The translations under genes and the position numbers were made by a program. From Candidatus Dormiibacterota bacterium (GTDB lineage Bacteria > Chloroflexota > Dormibacteria > CF-121), in NCBI GenBank assembly GCA_035716185.1, contig DASTJZ010000055.1, positions 13,565 to 77,564 on the forward strand: a stretch of DNA of 64,000 nt, written 5' to 3'. Position 1 is the first letter of the stretch. Each line of letters starts with the position of its first letter. Under the pieces are notes generated by a model. That model had not been told where the DNA came from, did no database searches, and saw only the letters and a list, made by a program, of their open reading frames with translations. Shown piece after piece: positions 18,604-27,972 of this stretch.

Positions 18604-19976
18604 TGAGCCTGTATCGGAAGAACCCCTTCCGCGCCGGCCTCATCACCCTGGTCGGGCTCCTGGTCATCGGCCTGCTGGCGGTGGCCATCAACCTGAGCTT
18701 CGGGCTCCCCTTCAACCTGAGCCTCGTCCCGCCCGGTCAGGATTATTCGGTCAAGGCCGCTTTCACCGATGGCAACGGCGTCAACCGCGGCGCGGACGTC
18801 GTGATCGCGGGCCACACCGTGGGACAGGTCACCGGCGTCGAGGTCTCGGGACAACGAGCCCTGGTCACCATGCGCGTGTCGCCGAGCTACGCGCCGCTCC
18901 ATCAATACAGCACGGCCCGGATTCGCTACTCGACCTTGCTGGCGCAGAAGTACGTCGAGATCACGCCGATCAACGGCGGTGCCGCGGTGCCCAGTGGGGG
19001 GAGCCTGCGCAGCGACAACACGCTCAGTCCGGTTGACTTCGACCAGTTCCTCAGCGCCCTCGACCCGGAGACTCGTGCCCGGCTGCAGACGCTGATCCAG
19101 CAAGGCGGTGGCGCGCTGCAGGGGCAGCAGGAAACCATCAACGACCTGCTTTCCCAGCTCAACGGCCTGTCGCAGGAGTCCGTCGCCCCGCTCGCCACCT
19201 TCCACCAGCACGATGCCGACCTCGACCGGATCGTCGCCAACCTGGCGTTGGTCAGCGACCGGCTGGCGCAGAGCCATCAGCAGCTCGGCGACCTGGTCGG
19301 CAGCATGAGCGACGTGACCGGGACCCTGGCGAACAACGACCAGGCCCTCGCCTCACTGATCACCCACCTCGGCAATGTGATGGGTGATTTCGATGCCACC
19401 CTGGCCGGCAATGAGAACAACCTCCATACGACGATCGTCACCCTCGACCCGCTGCTGGGCCGGCTCAACGGCACGCTGGCCATCGTCTACGGTGACAGCG
19501 CCTACGCCATCGGGCAGATCAACACCAACAACCGACAGCTCCAACCGGAAACGCTGAGCGCGGTCCAGGAGGTGGATGGCCAGGGCCATCACATCCTTCG
19601 CCAGTTCCTGGTCCTCTATCCGGCGTGCGACCAAAGCACCAAGAGCTCGGGCTGCCAGACCGGGGCGGGCGCGGCTCCACCCCAATCGGCCGCTGCCCCG
19701 ACGCTGCCCACGCTGCCAAAGCTGCCGCTCCCGAGCTGTCTGCCAACGCCGACCCCACCAAAGTTGCCTACCCCCGGCCTCCCGACCCCATGTCCATCGA
19801 TCTCGCCGCCGGTCACCCCGAGCGTTCCCTGCATGCCGCCGACGCCAACGCCGCCCAAGCTGCCGACGCCGACGCCCAGCGTGTCGATCTGCCCATCCCT
19901 GCCGGGCGTCTCGATCCCACCAATCGGCGCGCTTCCTGACTGGCTGGCCATCCTCCTCTTCGGAGGAGCCTCATGA
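18600..19976 (+). CDS. Mce family protein (MceE) with a proline-rich C-terminal tail
   Basis: Mce domain followed by a ~100-aa tail of PTPPKLPTP-type repeats. Confidence 0.85.
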   Translation: MMSLYRKNPFRAGLITLVGLLVIGLLAVAINLSFGLPFNLSLVPPGQDYSVKAAFTDGNGVNRGADVVIAGHTVGQVTGVEVSGQRALVTMRVSPSYAPLHQYSTARIRYSTLLAQKYVEITPINGGAAVPSGGSLRSDNTLSPVDFDQFLSALDPETRARLQTLIQQGGGALQGQQETINDLLSQLNGLSQESVAPLATFHQHDADLDRIVANLALVSDRLAQSHQQLGDLVGSMSDVTGTLANNDQALASLITHLGNVMGDFDATLAGNENNLHTTIVTLDPLLGRLNGTLAIVYGDSAYAIGQINTNNRQLQPETLSAVQEVDGQGHHILRQFLVLYPACDQSTKSSGCQTGAGAAPPQSAAAPTLPTLPKLPLPSCLPTPTPPKLPTPGLPTPCPSISPPVTPSVPCMPPTPTPPKLPTPTPSVSICPSLPGVSIPPIGALPDWLAILLFGGAS

Positions 19977-21049
19977 GGTCGCGGCTGGTGAGGGCCCGCC
20001 TGGTCGGCCTGCTGGTGACGATCGCCGCGGTCGCCTTCTCCATCCTGGTTTTCATTCCCCTATCGATGCCCTGGAGCCGCCCATTCCACCTGCAGGTGCA
20101 GGCCGGCGCCTACGGGGAGCTCAACCCGGGTGCCTGGGTCGAGCTGAGCGGCGCCAAGATCGGTTCGGTCGACAGCGTCGAGTACAACCAGGGCTATGCG
20201 CTGATCCGGCTGTCGATCGACCCGCGCTTCCGCGACCAGTTGCACGCCGACACCGCGGCCGCGGTCCGCCCGCACGGTCTGCTCGGACCGAAGTACGTCT
20301 ACCTGCAGGGCGGTTCCACCGGTCAGCTGCAGGACGGGAGCACGATTCCACTGTCGCGGACGACGGTCTCCACCGATTTCGACCAGGTGATCAACTCGTT
20401 GCAGCCGGACGTCCGCGCCAACCTGAAGACCATCTTCGTCGAGCTCGGCCGGGCCGCCGAGGGGCGCGGCACCCAGGTGAATGCCGCCTTCCAGGCCCTG
20501 GGCCAATCGTCGGGCGACGTGAAAACAACTACGGGTGTGCTGCACAATCGCGACGACGACCTGGCCGGATTGATCGCCGCCAGCGAGCAGCTCGACCGCG
20601 ACCTGCAATATGCTCCTATCGACCGCCAGATCGCGAACACCGACCTGGTCCTGAGCGGGCTGGTGCAGGTCGAGGACTCGCTGGGGTCAGGGATCGATAA
20701 CACCGCAAACGTGATGCAGGGGCTCGCCACGGCCATGAACGGAAACGGCGCCAACCTGGCGCACATCCTGGCGAAAGGGCCCGCCACGATCAACGAGCTG
20801 CGAACGGTCGCCAGTGAAGCGGATGCGATCATCGTCGGCGCCAACCCGGTATTGCCCTGCCTGATGCAGGCGGTGCTGGAAACCAAGTCCGCCTTTGCCG
20901 GCCAGGATGGGAACGGTCACTTCGTGCGAATCCAGGTAGTGCCGACGAACGTCGGCACAGCCCCACCCCAACCGTGCGCCGGATCCTCGACGTCGCAGGC
21001 TCCGCCACTCAACGACCAGGAGCTGATTGCCCTCTTCCTTGGCCACTGA
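19973..21049 (+). CDS. Mce family protein (MceF)
   Basis: Mce domain present. Overlaps the mceE stop. Confidence 0.85.
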   Translation: MRSRLVRARLVGLLVTIAAVAFSILVFIPLSMPWSRPFHLQVQAGAYGELNPGAWVELSGAKIGSVDSVEYNQGYALIRLSIDPRFRDQLHADTAAAVRPHGLLGPKYVYLQGGSTGQLQDGSTIPLSRTTVSTDFDQVINSLQPDVRANLKTIFVELGRAAEGRGTQVNAAFQALGQSSGDVKTTTGVLHNRDDDLAGLIAASEQLDRDLQYAPIDRQIANTDLVLSGLVQVEDSLGSGIDNTANVMQGLATAMNGNGANLAHILAKGPATINELRTVASEADAIIVGANPVLPCLMQAVLETKSAFAGQDGNGHFVRIQVVPTNVGTAPPQPCAGSSTSQAPPLNDQELIALFLGH

Positions 21050-23429
21050 GAAGACCGCCTTCAACATCCCGTCGCGCTATCCGCTGCTGCTGATCCTGCT
21101 GGCGCTGCTGCTTTCGGTGGCCGGCGTCATCGGCACGCTGCGCCTCCATCCCGACGCGCGCATCGACCTGCTCGCCGACCCGAACTCGGCGGTCTTCAAA
21201 GACCAGGCGCTGTTTGCCGATACCTTCGGGGCCGACCCGGTGGTGATCATGGCCCAGCCGGGGCCGGGTGCGAGTCTGATCACACCCGATCACATCGTCG
21301 GGCTGTCGCATCTCGAGGGCAAGCTCCACCAGGCCGCCGGCGTGAAAAGGGTCTATGGCCCGGGGACGCTGGTCAACACGCTGGCGATCAGCACCACCAC
21401 CATCCTGCTCAACGCCTGCGCCCAGGAAGGAAAAGCGGCAGAGGGGGCAGCCCGGCAGCAGGCGGCCGCCGCCGGGAAGTCGCAGGCCGAGCAGGACCAG
21501 ATTGGTCAACAGACCTTCCAGCAGGCGGTGACCGCCTGCGCCCAGCGTTATGCAAAGGCCTTTCCCTCGCTCGGCGTTCCGGCCGTCAACGATCCGACCT
21601 TCATCGCCGGCGTTCTGCTGGAGCCCGACGGTCAGCACGTCCGGCCCTTCTGGAACTGGGCCCTTCCGGACGCGCAGCACGCGGTCATCACGGTTCGGCT
21701 CACTCGCAATGCCTCACTCGACCAGGTGCGGCACATCGTCAGCATCGTCAACGGCGCGTCGAGCGCCAGCGACCTCAGCGAGCTGCACGATCTGCGGTTC
21801 GTTGCCACCGGCTCGCCGGTGCTGACCCTTTCGGTTGCCGATGCGGTGTTCGATGCGCTGAAGCTCCTCCTCCCGCTGGCGCTGTTGGCGGTCGTGATCG
21901 TCGCGCTGCTCGCGCTCGGCGGGTCGATGGTGCTCACCCTGGTGGTAGCCGCGCTGGCCGCGCTATGGAGCGCCGGCATCGCCGGCTTCCTCGGTCTCCC
22001 GGTGACGCCGGCAACGCTGGTCGTTCTGCCGGTGGTGCTCGGGCTGGCGACCGACTATTTCATCCAGTCGGTCAACCGCATCATGGACACGACTGGCACG
22101 ATGGAAGAGCGCGTCGAGCTGGCCGCGCAGCGGATTCTCCCGTCGACCGGCCTGGCAGCAGCGGCGACGGCAGCCGGCATGCTCGCCTTCGTCGTCTCGA
22201 GCATTCCGTTGGTGCGGCAGTTCGGGTTGTTCATGGCCATCGGGGTGGTGATGGCGTACCTCGGCAACTACCTGGTCGGTCTGCCGCTCCTGCTCCTTAC
22301 GGGCCGGCGTTTCCCCCGGCTCTTTGGCGGAACGCCGATCCGGACGGCGGCGGGCCGGCGGATCGCCGCTATCGGGACGCTGGCGCCGCGGATCGCCATC
22401 GGCCTGGCGGTGGTCGGGCTGATTGGTTGGGCGGCGCTCCCGCTGATCAAAGTCGAAACCGATCCGGCTCGTCTGATGCCGGCCGGCGACCGGGCGCTGG
22501 CCCAGGCGGACCAGGTACGGCGCGAGATCGGCATCGCGGGGGAGATCGACCTGGTGATGCAGGGCGGTGACCCGTCGGCTTCCGATGCGGTGAAATGGCT
22601 CGACCAGGCGAGCGGCCAGGCGGTCCAGCAGTCAGGTCATGATCTGAAGGCGCTGCAGAGCCTTCCGGGATTCCTGGCGGGCTTCAACCAGGGCAAAGTG
22701 CCGGATGCCAGCACAACCGGTTTGATCCTCGGCCGGATCCCGAGCTATTTCACCGGCGCCGTGGTTGACAAGAGCCACGGCCTCGCGCTGTCGATCTTTG
22801 GCCTGACCCAGGTGACGTCGGTCGAACGCGATCAGACCCTGCTTGACCAGGTCCGGCGTGCCAGCAGCAATCCACCGAGCGGATACCGGGCCTTTCCGGC
22901 TGGTCTGGCTGTAATCGCGGTCCTGTCGCTGAGCGAGCTCCAGGCGGATCAGCTGCGCCTCACGCTCCTCGCCATTGCGCTGATCCTGCTGGTGCTTCTC
23001 GCCGGGTATCGCCGGATTGGCCTCGCGGTGCTCGCGATCTTGCCTACCGTGGTGGCCGCCGGCGCCGCGACCGGATTGCTCTTTCTGATCAGTTCGCTGT
23101 TCCAGACACGATCGAGCCCGATCACGATTCTGCTCGGTGGCGTGGTGGTTGCCTTCGCGACCGAGTTCTCGGTCCTCTGGCTGGCGCGTTATCGCAGTGA
23201 GCGGGCCAATGGAATCGATCCTCTCGAAGCGGCCCACACCTCGTCAGCGCGGGTCGGTCCCGCCATTGCCGCCTCCGCCCTGGCGCTGGTCGCCGGTTTT
23301 GCCGTGCTGGCGATCAGCGGCGTTCCGACGGTGCGCGACTTCGGGATCTGGAGCTCGCTGGATCTGCTGATCGCCACGGCAGCAGTCTTTGCGCTTTTAC
23401 CGCCGCTGGCCCGGCGCTGGTATCGCTAG
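21027..23429 (+). CDS. MMPL family RND-type transporter
   Basis: 800 aa with 12 TM segments and two periplasmic loops. TTG start overlaps the end of mceF by 23 nt. Confidence 0.85.
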   Translation: MPSSLATEKTAFNIPSRYPLLLILLALLLSVAGVIGTLRLHPDARIDLLADPNSAVFKDQALFADTFGADPVVIMAQPGPGASLITPDHIVGLSHLEGKLHQAAGVKRVYGPGTLVNTLAISTTTILLNACAQEGKAAEGAARQQAAAAGKSQAEQDQIGQQTFQQAVTACAQRYAKAFPSLGVPAVNDPTFIAGVLLEPDGQHVRPFWNWALPDAQHAVITVRLTRNASLDQVRHIVSIVNGASSASDLSELHDLRFVATGSPVLTLSVADAVFDALKLLLPLALLAVVIVALLALGGSMVLTLVVAALAALWSAGIAGFLGLPVTPATLVVLPVVLGLATDYFIQSVNRIMDTTGTMEERVELAAQRILPSTGLAAAATAAGMLAFVVSSIPLVRQFGLFMAIGVVMAYLGNYLVGLPLLLLTGRRFPRLFGGTPIRTAAGRRIAAIGTLAPRIAIGLAVVGLIGWAALPLIKVETDPARLMPAGDRALAQADQVRREIGIAGEIDLVMQGGDPSASDAVKWLDQASGQAVQQSGHDLKALQSLPGFLAGFNQGKVPDASTTGLILGRIPSYFTGAVVDKSHGLALSIFGLTQVTSVERDQTLLDQVRRASSNPPSGYRAFPAGLAVIAVLSLSELQADQLRLTLLAIALILLVLLAGYRRIGLAVLAILPTVVAAGAATGLLFLISSLFQTRSSPITILLGGVVVAFATEFSVLWLARYRSERANGIDPLEAAHTSSARVGPAIAASALALVAGFAVLAISGVPTVRDFGIWSSLDLLIATAAVFALLPPLARRWYR

Positions 23430-25351
23430 CCGGCGTTGCCGCCGGTCGGGGCGAGCCGCACCACCGTGGGACTGGACGAGGTTGACGTCGGCGACGGTGG
23501 CGCGGTCGGCGTTGGGAGCGTCAGCGTCACGCCGCCATAGGAGATCGCGGATGGAAGGTTGTCCAGCCGGAGGTAGGGAGCGTCGTTCTGGGTCACCTGC
23601 AAGCGGATGGTATCGCCGGCGGCGAAATCCCAACCATTTCCCTGGAGGCTTGCGTCGATCGACCTGGCACCCGGCGATCCCGTGAATCGATAGGCGCCCC
23701 TGGTGACGAGCGTCATCGTGCCGGCCGGGCTGACGTCCCACAGGCGCGAGTTCACCTCCGCGTCGACACCGACGATGGTCAGGTCGAGATGCAAGGCAGG
23801 CTCACCGAGGAGCGTGAACGCGGCTGTCACCGGAAAGTCCCAGGTCGCGCTCCCGCTGAAACTGGTTGACGCCGGCACTGTGACGCAGGCACCGACGCTG
23901 CCATGCTGGGCGGCTACCAGGATGGGATCCGTTAGGGCGCCGGCCGGTTGATCGCCGGCAGCCGACGTCGTTGCTCCCGGCTGGCTCGACGAAAACGTCC
24001 GGCGGTAGGGGGCCAGGCTCGCCCAATCGTTCTGCGTGTACGTCAGGCCAGCCGAGGCGTCGCAGTGCGTGACCTGGCCCGACGAATCGAGTGCTGGCGC
24101 GGTGGTGCCAGTCAAATAGTGGTCGAGGAAAGCGTTCCCCTCGGCGTTGAGCGCGCTCCACACTGACGCCTTCTTCTGGGCAAGCGGATGGCCCAGATCT
24201 GCCACCGCCACCTTCACCGGCCAGCCGTGCGCCCGCAGCTTGTTGACCAGCGATACCCCTTCGACTTGCGGGAACAGGTTGTCGGTCCATCCCTGCATAT
24301 CGAAAATCGGCACCAGGTCCGTGCTGCGATTGATCAGCGCATCCTGGTAGTAGGAGGACCGCCAGGTTTTCAGTTGATCGAGCGCATAGGCCAGCTGCGG
24401 CTCTGCTGCTGGCAGATAGGGTTCGCCCTGGTTCACGCGTGCAAACCAGGCGGTGAGATCGGCGGTCGGGTCCGGGCACGGCGCCGGACAGTAGTAACCG
24501 TTGGGAGGAACCCCGAAGCCGTAGAGAGCCGAAACGTAGCTCTGCTTCTCGATGCCAATCGGATTGAGCCGATCACCATCGGTCAGGATGACCCCGTCGC
24601 TCGCACGACCGTTGGGCAGCAACGAATCGACCAGGTCGCTCCAGGGGTATTTGGGCACTGCGGCCGCCAGGTGCATCGCGAGACCCTTTTTGGGCGAAAG
24701 CCATGGATGGTTGGTGGCCTGGTCGTAGGTCGCGGGCGTATCGAGACCAGGAACGCTTGCAACCGTGTCGCCCTGCATTGCCAGCAGCAGTGACTGCCCG
24801 CCTCCATACGAACCTCCGGTGACAGCGATTCGGCTGGGGTCGGCAATGTCATGATCGGCGAGCCAGCCCGCCAGGTATTGCGTATCGCGAACCTCGAAGC
24901 GACGGTCGGCCAGATGGGTCCATCCTCGGTCGCACTCGTGACCGTTTGTCCCCGGCGTCGATGGTCCCTGGCCGCATGAACCAAAGAAGCCGCGGGCCGT
25001 GTAGGTGAGGACGGCATAGCCGCGGGAGGCGAACCAGGCCGTGTTCCACTCGTCCTTGTTGGGGTCGCTGTTATGGGGAGTGGACGACTCCCACTCGGTC
25101 TTGTTGTTGCCGTAGCCGTGAAGCATCACGACCAGCGGGCGGGGCGTGACTGGTCCCGGGGGCAGCGTCAGATCGACGTCAAGGGGCACGTCGTCCCAGG
25201 ATGGGACCTTTCCGGTGCAAACCAGCGGCGCCGATGTGGAGGCCTGGGTACAGGCCAGCTCATGGGGGATTGGCGCCTGGGCCGACACCGGCATGGGCGC
25301 AGAAAACAACGCAACAGGAAAAATCCCCAGAACTGCCAACCAGCGCCGCAT
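23426..25351 (-). CDS. secreted CocE/NonD family alpha/beta hydrolase (Xaa-Pro dipeptidyl-peptidase S15-like)
   Basis: Signal peptide present. GGSYGG nucleophile elbow. Length of 641 aa with a C-terminal beta-sandwich. Pro/Thr/Ser-rich tail. Confidence 0.8.
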   Translation of the reverse strand: MRRWLAVLGIFPVALFSAPMPVSAQAPIPHELACTQASTSAPLVCTGKVPSWDDVPLDVDLTLPPGPVTPRPLVVMLHGYGNNKTEWESSTPHNSDPNKDEWNTAWFASRGYAVLTYTARGFFGSCGQGPSTPGTNGHECDRGWTHLADRRFEVRDTQYLAGWLADHDIADPSRIAVTGGSYGGGQSLLLAMQGDTVASVPGLDTPATYDQATNHPWLSPKKGLAMHLAAAVPKYPWSDLVDSLLPNGRASDGVILTDGDRLNPIGIEKQSYVSALYGFGVPPNGYYCPAPCPDPTADLTAWFARVNQGEPYLPAAEPQLAYALDQLKTWRSSYYQDALINRSTDLVPIFDMQGWTDNLFPQVEGVSLVNKLRAHGWPVKVAVADLGHPLAQKKASVWSALNAEGNAFLDHYLTGTTAPALDSSGQVTHCDASAGLTYTQNDWASLAPYRRTFSSSQPGATTSAAGDQPAGALTDPILVAAQHGSVGACVTVPASTSFSGSATWDFPVTAAFTLLGEPALHLDLTIVGVDAEVNSRLWDVSPAGTMTLVTRGAYRFTGSPGARSIDASLQGNGWDFAAGDTIRLQVTQNDAPYLRLDNLPSAISYGGVTLTLPTPTAPPSPTSTSSSPTVVRLAPTGGNAG

Positions 25352-25432
25352 GTTTCCCTCCCGGCGGATGTCGCCCCTGAACTAAATCCCTACATGGGTT
25401 TAGCGCATCCGATCCCAACGACGCAACCGCTC

Positions 25433-26236
25433 CTATTCGCCCTTCCAGGTCGGCTTCCGTTTTTGGGCGAAGGCATCCATGCCTTCCTTGGCGTCCGCGG
25501 TTTCGAAAAGCCGGAAGATCCCGCCCCGCTCCAGCGCGAGGGCGCCCTCGAGGGACATCTCGGCGCCCTGCCTGGCGGCGAGCTTGATCTCGCCGATGGC
25601 GACGGTCGGACCGGCGGCCAGGCTGGCCGCGAACCCGACGGCGTCCGGCAGCAGCCGGTCGGCCGGAACCAGCCGGTCGACGACGCCAAGCGCGGCGGCT
25701 GTCTTGGGATCGAGCGGCTTGCCGGTCAGCAACAGTTCCATGGCCTTCTGCCGGCCGATCAGCCGGGGCAGGCGCTGGGTCCCGCCGTTACCGGGCAGCA
25801 GGCCGAGCGTCACCTCGGGAACGCCGAGGCGGTAATCGCCCTCGGCGGCAAAACGGAAGTCGGTGGCGAGCGTGATCTCCAGCCCGCCGCCCAGCGCGTG
25901 ACCAGCGATGGCGGCAATGAAGATCTTCGGTGTGTGCTCCATCTTGAGCAGGACTTCATGCATGTGCAGGATGGTCATCGCGCGTACCTTCGGCGTCACG
26001 GCGCGGAACATGCTGATATCGGCACCGGCGCTGAAGAATTTCGGAAGGTCCGAGGTCAGCACCGCCGCCGCGATCGATTCGTCGAACCGAACTTCATCGA
26101 TGGCCTGATTGAGGTCGTCGATGAACCGGCGGTCGTAGGAATTGACCGGTGGGCGATTGAGATGAATCAGCGCGACGCCGTCCTGTTCCTTGCTCACCGA
26201 CACCACTTTTGCTGATGCCGTTGCGTGCTCCATCAA
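25433..26236 (-). CDS. enoyl-CoA hydratase/isomerase (crotonase) family protein
   Basis: Crotonase fold motifs present (…FSAGADI…GHALGGGLE…). Confidence 0.85.
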   Translation of the reverse strand: MMEHATASAKVVSVSKEQDGVALIHLNRPPVNSYDRRFIDDLNQAIDEVRFDESIAAAVLTSDLPKFFSAGADISMFRAVTPKVRAMTILHMHEVLLKMEHTPKIFIAAIAGHALGGGLEITLATDFRFAAEGDYRLGVPEVTLGLLPGNGGTQRLPRLIGRQKAMELLLTGKPLDPKTAAALGVVDRLVPADRLLPDAVGFAASLAAGPTVAIGEIKLAARQGAEMSLEGALALERGGIFRLFETADAKEGMDAFAQKRKPTWKGE

Positions 26237-26244
26237 TTCCCTCC

Positions 26245-26306
26245 ATAAGCGGCCCCGGTGTGGAAAGGCCGCGTGATAAGCGGCCCCAGCGTGGAAAGGC
26301 CGCGGG
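26245..26306. repeat. two exact-phase tandem 31-bp repeats, each with internal dyad GCGGCC-N12-GGCCGC
   Basis: Copy 1 is ATAAGCGGCCCCGGTGTGGAAAGGCCGCGTG and copy 2 is ATAAGCGGCCCCAGCGTGGAAAGGCCGCGGG. They lie in the divergent promoter between the hydratase and aldehyde dehydrogenase genes. Confidence 0.5.
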
Positions 26307-26395
26307 ATAGTCGTGTACCCTGAAGTCTAGTTCGGGCAATCAGGCCGCAAGATCAGGGCCACGGGATTTCCCGTGTGAGGAGGACTGGTAACTGC

Positions 26396-27841
26396 ATGAG
26401 CACGATGGTGATCGACGGCAAGCCGGCGACTTCGCGCTCGGGCGCGACGGTGGAGATCCACGATCCCGCGACCGGTGAGCTCGTCGACCGCGTGCCGCAG
26501 GCCGGCGTCGAGGAAACCCGCCAGGCGATCGATGCCGCGCACGCGGCGTTTCGGGGCTGGGCGGACACGCTGCCGGCGAAACGCGCGCAGATCTTGATCA
26601 AAGGCGCCGCGCTCGCACGCCAGCACCTCGATGAGGTGGCGACGCTGCTAACCCGGGAGCAGGGCAAGCCGTTGCGCGACTCGAAGATCGAAGCCGAGCG
26701 CTTCGTCGAGAACATCGAGTTCTACGCCATGCTCGCCTCCTCGGGGGCGATTCGCGGTAAGCACGTACCGCTCTCCGTTCCCGGCGCCTTCGGGCTGGTC
26801 GTTCGCCGCCCCCTCGGCGTGGTCGGCGCCATCATCCCCTGGAACTTTCCACTCACGCTGCTGGCCAACAAGATCGCCCCGGCGCTCTCCGTCGGCAACA
26901 CGGTCGTTGCCAAGCCGGCCAGCACCACGCCGCTTTCCACCATCCGCCTGGTCGAGCTGATGAACGAGGGCGGCCTGCCGCCGGGCGTGCTCAACGTCGT
27001 CGTCGGACCGGGCGCTGTCGTTGGGCAGGAGTTGATCAAGAATTCCAAGGTGCGCAAGATTGGCTTCACGGGCGAGACCAAGACCGGCAAGCAGGTGATG
27101 GCCGAGGCCGCCTCCGACCTCAAGCACGTCACCCTCGAGCTGGGCGGCAGCGATCCGGCCATCGTCTGCGACGACGCCGACGTCGAGATGGCGAGCAAGG
27201 CCATCGCCGTCGGGCGCTTCTTCAATTGCGGCCAGGCCTGCCTGGCGGTGAAGCGCGTCTTCGTGCACGAGGCGGTCGCCGACCAGGTGATCGAGAAGGT
27301 CACCGCACGTGCCAAGCGTCTGAAGGTCGCGCCTGGGACGGATGCGGCCTCGCAGATGGGTCCGATGCACACGGCAGGCGGCCGGGAGGAAATCGAGGCG
27401 CAATTAAAGGATGCAGTCGACCGGGGCGCCCGGGTCCTCGCCGGCGGCAACCGGCTTCGCGGCGAGCCCTTCGATCGCGGCTTCTTCCTCGAGCCGACGG
27501 TCATCACCGACGTGCCCTGGGAGGCGCGCGTCTGGCGCGAGGAGACCTTCGGACCGCTGCTCCCCATCGCGCGCGTGAAGTCGGTGGAGGAAGCCATCGA
27601 GCGCGCCAACGATTCCGAGTTCGGCCTGGGCTCGTCCGTGTTCACCCGCGACATTAAGAAGGCGCAGCTGACCATCGACCGTCTCGACGTTGGCTACACC
27701 TGGATCAACCAGGTCAACCTGGTCGCCTACGACGAGCTGCCCTTCGGTGGAACCAAGCACAGCGGATTCGGCAAAGAGCACGGCGTCGAGGTGCTCGACT
27801 TCTACACCGAGGAAAAGAGCATCGTCATGGGCGGCGTCTAG
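26396..27841 (+). CDS. NAD(P)-dependent aldehyde dehydrogenase
   Basis: ALDH motifs present (ELGGSDP, catalytic Cys in FFNCGQAC). ATG at 26396, preceded by GAGGAGGA. Confidence 0.85.
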   Translation: MSTMVIDGKPATSRSGATVEIHDPATGELVDRVPQAGVEETRQAIDAAHAAFRGWADTLPAKRAQILIKGAALARQHLDEVATLLTREQGKPLRDSKIEAERFVENIEFYAMLASSGAIRGKHVPLSVPGAFGLVVRRPLGVVGAIIPWNFPLTLLANKIAPALSVGNTVVAKPASTTPLSTIRLVELMNEGGLPPGVLNVVVGPGAVVGQELIKNSKVRKIGFTGETKTGKQVMAEAASDLKHVTLELGGSDPAIVCDDADVEMASKAIAVGRFFNCGQACLAVKRVFVHEAVADQVIEKVTARAKRLKVAPGTDAASQMGPMHTAGGREEIEAQLKDAVDRGARVLAGGNRLRGEPFDRGFFLEPTVITDVPWEARVWREETFGPLLPIARVKSVEEAIERANDSEFGLGSSVFTRDIKKAQLTIDRLDVGYTWINQVNLVAYDELPFGGTKHSGFGKEHGVEVLDFYTEEKSIVMGGV

Positions 27842-27867
27842 CCTCAACCCAACGTCCCTTCTAATGC

Positions 27868-27910
27868 GGTCTTAACAATTGAGGCCGCTTAACGCCGGTC
27901 TAACAATTAG
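27868..27910. promoter_or_regulatory. direct repeats GGTCTTAACAATTG ... GGTCTAACAATTAG in the AT-rich leader of the ABC importer operon
   Basis: Read directly in the sequence. The core TTAACAATT recurs on the opposite strand at 38353 in another promoter region. Confidence 0.25.
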
Positions 27911-27972
27911 CGTGTACAGATATTTGCTACTGTTTGCAGGGCGAAATTCGATCTACGGAAGGGAGGTTGTGT

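Noticed and set aside
19680-19960. Repetitive DNA resembling an array (ccgacgcc.. units); a similar repeat lies at 56700-56760
   Set aside because: These are coding repeats for Pro-rich tails (PTPPKLPTP in MceE, PTPSPP in the CarD-domain protein). They are neither CRISPR arrays nor mobile elements.
23426-23429. Convergent genes sharing the palindromic stop CTAG
   Set aside because: The 4-nt stop-codon overlap of the MMPL and hydrolase genes is a trivial consequence of the TAG palindrome. No terminator structure is evident.
23426-23460. C-terminal LAPTG in the secreted hydrolase as a sortase-E sorting signal
   Set aside because: The protein ends 4 residues after the motif. There is no hydrophobic anchor or charged tail.
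27925-27950. Sigma-54 promoter-like ttgctactgtttgca upstream of the ABC importer
   Set aside because: It lacks the conserved GG and GC dinucleotides at the correct spacing.
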